64,000 bases of DNA from Eutreptiella sp. 'Long Island Sound 2002' (lineage: Eukaryota > Protista > Euglenida), in contig OZ038379.1 of assembly GCA_964036045.1 (NCBI GenBank), forward strand, positions 65,162,001 through 65,226,000, in the 5' to 3' direction. The position numbers and the translations under genes were made by a program. The notes beneath the pieces were generated by a model, which saw only the letters and a list, made by a program, of their open reading frames with translations, was not told the origin of the DNA and ran no database searches. Positions 39,301-48,200 of the stretch are shown here, piece after piece. Every line of letters begins with the position of its first letter. The stretch's first letter is position 1.

Positions 39301-42198
39301 CTTCTTCCTTCTTCTTGCAATGTCAAAGGATGCATCCCAAGCACCCGAAAATACCTACCAACCTACTTTGGGTGTGGTCTTGTACAAACTTTGTGCATAG
39401 TGCGCGCACGGCGCGGGCACAACTTAACCCCCGTTCATGAAGGGTACATGCATATGCTTTTCACTATGACGTGAGGTGGTGTCAGGGTTGCAGTTCGGGG
39501 CCTTGGATGGCTTGCGGGGTGGGGGTGAGGTGAAACATGGGGTTGTGGGGGTGTATGGTCTGTTTCGGCAAGAATTCTGCCAATTGCCCTAAAAACCCCC
39601 AATACCTCCCTGTAAAATGCGCGTTGTGCCTACGTTGCACGCGCTGTGCATAAACGCCCCCTCCGGCATTGGGAGAGGTTTGTGGTGGGATTGGGAGGGG
39701 AGAGTGTGATAGGACTTGGCAGGGGACTGCCATCAGGGTTGGAGAAAGGTTATTTTCATGTTTGCGAGAAGTATGTTGCAGGGCCCATGGTGCTGATTAC
39801 CAGGAAATTGTAGCATGCTGGCATCCTGGCATGCTCAAAACCTTTTGATCCAAACCTCCTGTCCCAGCTCCACACTCCAGCCCCCTTTCTGTTCCGCTGT
39901 GGGCCCCTTCTTTTTATTCCTCTACCCACTTGCCGCCTGCCCACTGCCCTTCTTTCCTGTGCCACTCTTTTCAGTCCTCCCCCCCCCCATTTCCCATACC
40001 TTTGTCTTCTCATCTGCTTTTTTGGCCCAGCCAAACCCCCTGCCTGCATGGCCAGGCTCAGCACTGATCCTGCCCCACACTGCATCGGCTTCTTGTCAGG
40101 CTCACACGCCGCCCAATTTCTGATGCTTCAACGACAGAATCGGTAGATGTTCAGAGCAGGTGCCCCTGTGCCTTGTTGCCTGCCGTGTGCTGAAAATGTC
40201 CCACCCGCCCATATGCCCAACGCTAACATATCCCTGGCCCCCAGGTCCAACCAAAATGCAGCATGAGCTCCTCCGTCTGACCCTGCCCAGGCCCACACGA
40301 AAGCATCAAGGCCATGGCTCCCTTAGGACCTGCCCAGATGGGGCCATGGACATCAACGAAAAGATGCCAAAGCCACAAATACAGTGTATGTTTTTACATC
40401 AGGGAGTTCTGGTCTATGGAATTCAGGTGTTGAGGCCAGAGGGGGGGGGTGCAGAAAATCTGCAGTGGCGGGTGCTTTTTCACCCACTAGGGGGGTGGAT
40501 AGTCGGTGGAGAAAAAGTTTCCACACCCGTCAACCACACAAATGACCAAAATGGTGTGTTTTTTGAAAAATGCACACAATTAATCGCCCTTGAGTGACTG
40601 CAACACTGGAGGCCTTGGTCGACAGTCCATTAACCAAGGTAATTCCCGTGGGCACCTGAGCTTAGAGCTGCTGCAGTAGCTATGCTGCAGTCCAGTTGGC
40701 CCCCATAAGAGAACCACCACACAAAAATTGGGTCTGATTTGGGGGCCACGAGGGGTGCCGCCCGCATTGTGTGTGGTGCTGTGTGTGCGCGTTCCTTAGT
40801 CAGTTGCATCAGTTGTACGCTAAAGCACTTTTCCAGGTTTTGTTCATCAATATCGCTGCTTCTTTTGTTCCCTCGTTCGCCATTGAATACATCCAAACAG
40901 GGCAGTGGTAATGCCCTATGCAAAAGTGTTGGCTTGTGGCCTGTGCGGGACCCACCTCAAGGACAAACTAGTAAGACTAGTATAGCTATGGGAAGGTTGT
41001 TGCCAACGCTTACACCACCTGCGCCCACCATGGTGATGATTTAGATGTGCTATCCACTAATTCGTGCTTGCGGCAACTTGGAAGGCGCATACGCCAGCAT
41101 AGTTGCAGCAGCACTTGCTGAACACGTCACCGAACGCTGTGGATAGGGCATAATTTATATTGCAAGCCCATTAGAACCTGCCATGGTGCTCGACAGGGGC
41201 TTGGTGCTTGATGCTCCTCCTTGTTGCCAAAGACACTTCATGCTGGGGTGTTTTGCCACTAGGAATTTGTACTTTTCGTGATTTATTTTAGGGTTTTGGG
41301 ACGTGTTCGGGCCAGCCTAAATGGCAAAACCAGATGGCAACAAATGAATGGCAAGAAGCAGGAGGTAGCACACTCCAAGTGATCGTTGTAGTGTAAATTG
41401 TAGTTGTAGTTCAAGGAAAGCATGGCACAAAAAACAATTTCTGGGCTTTTCAGCACGCATCTTTTCGGCACTTTGCCGCATCTGCTTTCGCCTTTGAGGT
41501 CAGATTGAGGGTCTAGCGGCAGGGACAACACAGTGGAACTGACCCACTGCACCTGCCTCCTCGGTCTGTAGTAGTGCTGTGCTGTCATCACACATAATCT
41601 TTTGCAGGGTGTATGCTTTGGAGCTGCTCAGCATTTTGTTTGCAGGATTCGGCAAGAGATACCCACCGCCTGTGCAGCTGGTGATGGGGGTGAGGAGGTG
41701 TGGCACAACGGTGGCAAGAGTGCTGAGCAAGGTTGTGCTTAGTGTGGTGGACACCCGAACCCCACGGGGAGGGGGATCAGAGGCCAAAGAAAAGGCTGTG
41801 CACCTAAAATCGGCCTCCAGTTTCGGATCCCTTTGATCAATGTCATTTTTTTCCCAAGGAGAATTGTTCTGAGGGTCGGTTGGCTGATTGGCCACCCCCC
41901 GCTCTCTGGGGTTACTAAGCACCAGCCTGGTGCTGAAGCTTTGAAGTAGGAGAATGCGACCAGGTTGTTGGATGGATGTGAAATGCGTCTGTGGGCAGTA
42001 TGAGGTTTGGGTGTAGAAAAATGTGAGGTGTCAGGGTGTAAGGCGCGGCTCCGGATCAGTGTCACTTGTTTCAGTGGCTGCGGATGTAGGGTTTGACCTG
42101 TTCTATCACACTACACAAAGTGCATTGTCACGTGGTGCATTTGCCAATGACAGAACATTCTCCCATTTTGTTGTGCAAGCACTGTAATGCAGGGTGTT

Positions 42199-42244
<46 letters not shown>

Positions 42245-45200
42245 CATGGGTTCTGCGCTAACTATCTTTGGGCATGGTCGCTGAATGAACAGGATGTACA
42301 AACGGCTCTTCTTTTCTGACGTTCTTCCCTGTGTATACGTGTGTGTGTGGGGGGGGGGGGGGGGGGGCACTGGTTACGGTTTCAGCCGGGACCACAGAGC
42401 AGACACAGACACAGTGTTTAACATACCGTCTGTTGTATGAGTGACTGGAGCGTTGTCAGCGGCTTGCCCCTCAAGGATGTCAGCGACGTCACACCAAGGT
42501 ACCCGCTGATGGAGAGGATGCGTTGGGCGAACCCAGTAAAGCCGGAGCACCACCCGCCACTCGTGTGCTGTATCTCGCCGTTTTGCCGGGGGCCATCAGT
42601 GCCTATGTGTATTCACATGTGTCTGCATGCAGCATTTCCCCATTCTCAATCCCGCTGTTGCGTATTTGGAGTGGCACAGATTTCTCTGTACCACAGAAAG
42701 GTGTCTCGTGGCGCTAGATATGTGCTTTGTTTGATCTTGCACTTGACAATGCCTCTGTGCAGTTGGGCTGATTTCAACCCCTGCGTGTTTGTATATTTAT
42801 ATCATGCATGCATGTGTGTGTTGTCGGCCTTGGTATGCATTAGCGGTGCAGCATCCATCAGGCAGGTCGAAACCAGGTACAAACAGCAGTCGGTGATGAT
42901 GAGTCGGCAGCATGGTAACTGGTGGGTCTAGATGTAGCCTGACCTGCTGAGGACCACACGCTCCTGCATATTGGTAATTTCATTTTGGGGGCGGGGCCTG
43001 CTGAGCGCTAAGTGGCCAGTGTTCTCTACTCATGTCCACAGAACCGAGCAAGGGGTGCTGGAAGGAGGGTTGCTGCTATGGTCCGCCCAGAAGAGGGGTT
43101 ACCGAGAGGTACACTCAGGGTGTGGACTACAGGTGGTTTCAGTGTGCCATACACAGAGCAGTGCAGTATTTGGACGGGGATTCTTCCCGTCATACCATTG
43201 CAATCTGTGCCACCTCTGATATCCTTCCAATTTTTTGTGTGTGGATGTGTTTGCAAGGAATGCAGGAAATGAGCACCTGGCCACAAAGGGGGCGTACCGT
43301 GCGCTGTGCGCGCGCTGTGCACGCGCTGTGCGAAAAGTAGGCCATTCTCCACCACCGGTCACCATCTCCGACAAGGGAAGCCTCCCCGGCGGAGTGTGCA
43401 AAAGCGGATGCCAGAACTGAGAACCAGTTGCTCGAGTTTTTGTACAAAGTGTACAACAAGATGGCCCACCCTTTGCCTGTTGAGCAATGCAATGTTGATA
43501 ATTGGATTGAAATGTGTGGCACCCCAGTTTTGCGCAAGCAAATTGCACTCATGGGGTGTGATGCCGTCACGGCGGAAGAGTGGTACCAGAAATATGGGCA
43601 TGACACCTATTTGACTCGCGAAGAGATGTTCATATTTTTGGTAAAGTTTAAGACCAACCCCACCCATGACACAACCCCAAGAATGGTGGGCAAGCCAAAG
43701 GCAAGCCCCCAAGCAATTGAATTGCTCATGCATGCTTCTAGAGGTGGCAGGTTTTCAGGGCTGTTACCGGGGTAAACACCGTAATAACTGGCGCTGTGCG
43801 CGCGCTGTGCACGCGCTGTGCGCGCGCTGTGCGAAAACGCCCCCAAAGAGAACATGCCAGCAGAAACACTGTGCACAGCCCTGGCACCAAAATGCAGCTG
43901 GCCTGCACTTGTGCAACAAACAAGATGCAAAACATGGCACGCCTTTTTGAGAGAGCTTCATCGCACCAGCGCACTTTGGTTTTCTGCCCTTCAATGCCCT
44001 CTTGTTCCACAAGCACCTGCCCACCCACGTGGTTAAAACAACAGTTGCAACGGCAAAATTTGAACCTCCTACACCACCAGATTATTGCGCTTTCGAAATG
44101 CACACTATTTCGCAAATTTGGAGTTGCAAGGGGCAATTTATGTTGTGATATTTGGTGATGTCACGCGCAGCGCACCACAACTATGACGGACAACTACCGA
44201 GGCAACCTTGGGGCGGGGCGGCAAAGGCGTCTCAAAAGCATGCACCGTCTTGGTGTGTGCACCCTTTTGAATGGCCTCCGATTTGCGCCCCCATCCCAGT
44301 CTGGATGCCAAGCCGGGATGTACATCTACCCTTTGCGCATGGTCGTGTTGTAGGTTTGCCCTTGAATGCATTCTAAACAATATTTCCACGACGGTTCCCG
44401 CAGAGCTCTTCACGACATCCGTGAGCATCTTCAGCTCCCTCATCTTCAACGTGCGCCAGGTCTGCCCTGGGCCCCACTTCACAGCCATCAGAGGGAGATG
44501 TATGACCTTGAAACACTACCCTGTTGATTTCCCGAGGACTGTGGATGCGGACTGTCGCCTCATGCAGAATGCACTGGCCTTTATTTTCCAGCGCCAAGTG
44601 TCAGTGCTGTGACGACAAATTGTATTGTGTGTGTACCCAACAATCCAAGGGAGGATTGCGTTCCAGGGGGGAGGGCTCACATTTACGAGATACAATGCGT
44701 ACCCCGCTTCCAGGTCATCATTGATGGGTTGGAAAGGCACCCCCAGCCCTTTTCCCCTTGGCCCATGCGGGAAGGCCCGGAAGGACACAACCGCGTTATG
44801 ACTTCGAAATTCCATGAAACAGCTTGAAAATGGAATTTTGCAATAAGTGCCTTGACCTGATTCACAGGGCGTCATCATCAGCCACATTCTGAGGCATTTT
44901 TAATCCAAAATTTGGCATTGTGAATGGTACAGTCACAGCGGGACCTGTGTGATCGTAGCGACAATCTTTTCAGGGCTGTTGTAGTACCGCCACTGCACAG
45001 TGCGTTGTGCACGCTTCTTGTACTGCACTATACCAGAGACGTGCTTTATGCGGGGGAGGGCATTGCTGTTGTTGTTTGATACTGACAACAGCCCAAGTGG
45101 TTCTGCCTTGTGGGGGATATGGGAGGTTTCAATTTTCATCTGTTTTCACTCTTTCTTGCTCATAGTATGTGGAACTTGCATCAGGATGATTGGGAGATGG

Positions 45201-48200
45201 AGTCAATGGTCGTGCATCATGGTAATACATCTCTCCAAGACCAACCTGGGATATCTGCAAACGTTCAAGGAAAAGGAGCAGACAAAAAATGAACAAAAGC
45301 ACATCTTTCTTCTAGTCACAAAGGCTTGTGACTTTCTATTAACTTACATGTTTTCTCCCCACTTCAGGGGACCGAAAACAACAAGGATGCAAGGTATTGG
45401 TACTTCAAGCTCAAAGTGCTGGAGGGGGAGCCAAAGCGGGGTACAAGCGGTTATGGTCGCAGTGGTTGCAGAGGTTGCCTCCCATCTGGGGACTGCACTG
45501 CTCATGAAGGAACAAGAATGTTGACAAACACCCAAACATTTCCTCGTTTTTACTAAAAGGTGCACTTGCACTGTGCAGGAACACCCCCATACAGGCATGC
45601 GCCAAGCATTTGCATGCATACGACCTTCCCCCATATCCATTTCCATCCTCTGCTGTCCCGCACTGCCTCTTTTGCCACAGGTCTGCAAGCACCAGATCAC
45701 TATCGCCTTCGTGAAGGTCTTCCTGCCCATGCTCACGCTGCGGTCGTCTTCTTATGTACAACGCATCACTATTTTGAAGCTGCTGCAGCGGATTTGTGCA
45801 GACGCGAAAATTCTGATTGAGGTCTGCGTTTGGAAGGGGTGCCCTGAAGGGGATAAGGATACAGGTAGCCTTCAAGGCTCAGGTAAAGGGAAGGTTGCGG
45901 TGCATTTGTTCAGCCCTTTCCATCAGATTAACAACGAGCGAGAGACAGTGGATGTTGATGGTTGACAGCGCACCTGCAACAAACCCATCCACACCCCTTA
46001 TGCGCACAGAGATACACTAACACCAGCTATGCGAGGCGGCCCCCACTGTGCAGATGCAGGAACAACAAACATGCCCTTTCCACACTCAACAGACACCCCA
46101 TGTGCGCACACATGCGTTTGGGTGCATACACTTGGCTAAAGGACCATCCATTACACAGTACCCCGTGTGCAATACAACACGCCGAAATGGTCATCTTGGC
46201 AGCAATTGAAGTGGACATACCTAGAAGTGCCAGCCATAGTCGATCTGTTGCAAGGGTGAATATGGGGTGCACACAGGGCACATGCGAAATGGTATGTTGT
46301 AAGTTGTTGGATTCCAATAACCCGTTTCAAACAGTGTGACCCCTTATGCGCTCAGTGGGAAGCTGCTTGGCCAGATTTGGAGACTGTGGCCTGCTTTGAC
46401 CCTCCTTGAGTGTGAGGTTGTGGGCACCCACGTAGTTCTGGATGCCGCAATTTTCCTGTTGCATTTTCAACTTTGCCCGAATCAGAGGCTGGCGGCATGT
46501 GCTTTGGACTGTCGTGGCCGTGTGACGTACAGACCAGATGATTTGGACCGTTGCTTTTGTACCCCAGACCCTCACACGGATGCACTTGAAGGGGAGGGGG
46601 CCCCAGGGGGCGTCAAGGGTGATGGCAAACGGAGTCATTGGTGGTCGGACAAGCGTTTGGGAGGCAATCGTGGCTGTACAAACCCGATGGAGCGCTGATG
46701 GGGACGGACAAGATCACGGTGCAGGGCTGACCGTCGCCTTGAAAAGTGGGAGCCGTGCCTTTCAACCACGGGCTTCACGTGGTGCTGGTAATGTCGCCAT
46801 GATACACACAGCCACAGCACATGCACCAACCCAAAGATGCCTGTTTTCACAGCAGCTACTCCCAGCCTATCCTTTCCTTTTTTGCAGCTTTTCCTGAACA
46901 ACGATTGCGACACGGACTGCATCGCGCTGTTCGAGCACATGGTCACAGCACTGAGAAAGAGTGTGTTGTTGGATCACACAGAAAAGCAGTGGATCACCCC
47001 TCAGCAGTCGTCGATCATCCAGCACTATTCACTCCAGGTGCAACAAGGGGCCGTAGGGGGGCACAAGTGGTAGTGGGATCAGTGCGTCGATTTCTTAGTG
47101 GTTGCAGTGGTCAGCAGACCCAATATTTTCCTTGCATTAGCAGCTTTAGCAACGTGGTGGTGGTGGGTGGTGGGTGTGGGGGTCCATGTCTTGGTGGTGT
47201 TGATTGTGGTGCTTCCTACCACCTTGCAATTTCAGCCTTTGGGGGAGGTAGGGACGCGGTGTGCGCGGTGTGATGCATGGTGCGCGCTCTTTTGGGTGTT
47301 GCCTTTTTGGCTAGTTCAGGTGGCAGTGCTAACCCCCCCCCCCCTTGTATATGAGCATGCGCATGCTCATATTTGGAAGACCCCCTGTGCAGTGTTCCCA
47401 GCCCTCTCCGTTTACAGAAATGTGGCACAGTTAAATGTTGTTGACCCCCTCTTTTTGGTTTGATGATATTGTGGCTGCCTGAGATGTGGATGAGGCAATT
47501 GTGGATGATTGCTATGAGGCAAGCATCAGACCAAATCAAAAGTTCCGGTATGCCAGCCGGGGCTGGTAGGTGCAAAAATCTGGACCCTGGGACCTGTGGC
47601 AAGCATCAGACTAAAAATCACGAATTCCTGGTATGCCAGGGGCTGGTAGGTGCAGAAATTGGGACCCTAGCACCATGAGGCCGGCTGCATGCTCTTATTT
47701 TGGACTACTTAATAAAAACATGCATGAGTGTTCTTATTTTGACTGCTTGTTCTTATGTGGTTGGGTGGGGTTGTATCTTCCCCTTGTGTTTTTCCTCAGC
47801 ACCTCACCGGGCGTTGTAACCCCTTGAGTAGGGGTTATGGACTCCCACGCTTCGGTGTGCCCCCTTGAGTTGGGGTTATGGACTCCCACGCTTCGGTGTG
47901 GCCACTCCTGAGTTTGCACTTTGTTTGGAGCGCAATTGGTCCACATGCATTTGTGCTTTGTTGTGTCACGCGTGCTTCTGGTTTGTCAATTCTGATCTTG
48001 TTCCCATAAAACCAAAAATATTTCCCATCAGGGGTTATAATTCAAGGACCTTTTTTTATGCTAGGCGACAGGTGAGAGGTCACAAAAGATGGTACCTTGC
48101 GGGCTTGGGCACCCTGTGAGGTACATGCCTTTGGCGTGAGTGCCGTCAAAGAGTGCATCTTTCTCCTGTGATCATCAACCTACAGCCTCCCCTGGCAGGG

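Noticed and set aside
39547-39661. Third complete copy of the ANA-TSD TIR element
   Set aside because: The right end matches, but candidate left ends give non-matching flanks (TGT versus TCC); counted only as a degenerate fragment.
42437-42931. 164-aa ORF as an ARF-GEF exon
   Set aside because: Exons 9 and 10 join in phase and collinearly with BIG1 without it; no recognisable motif.
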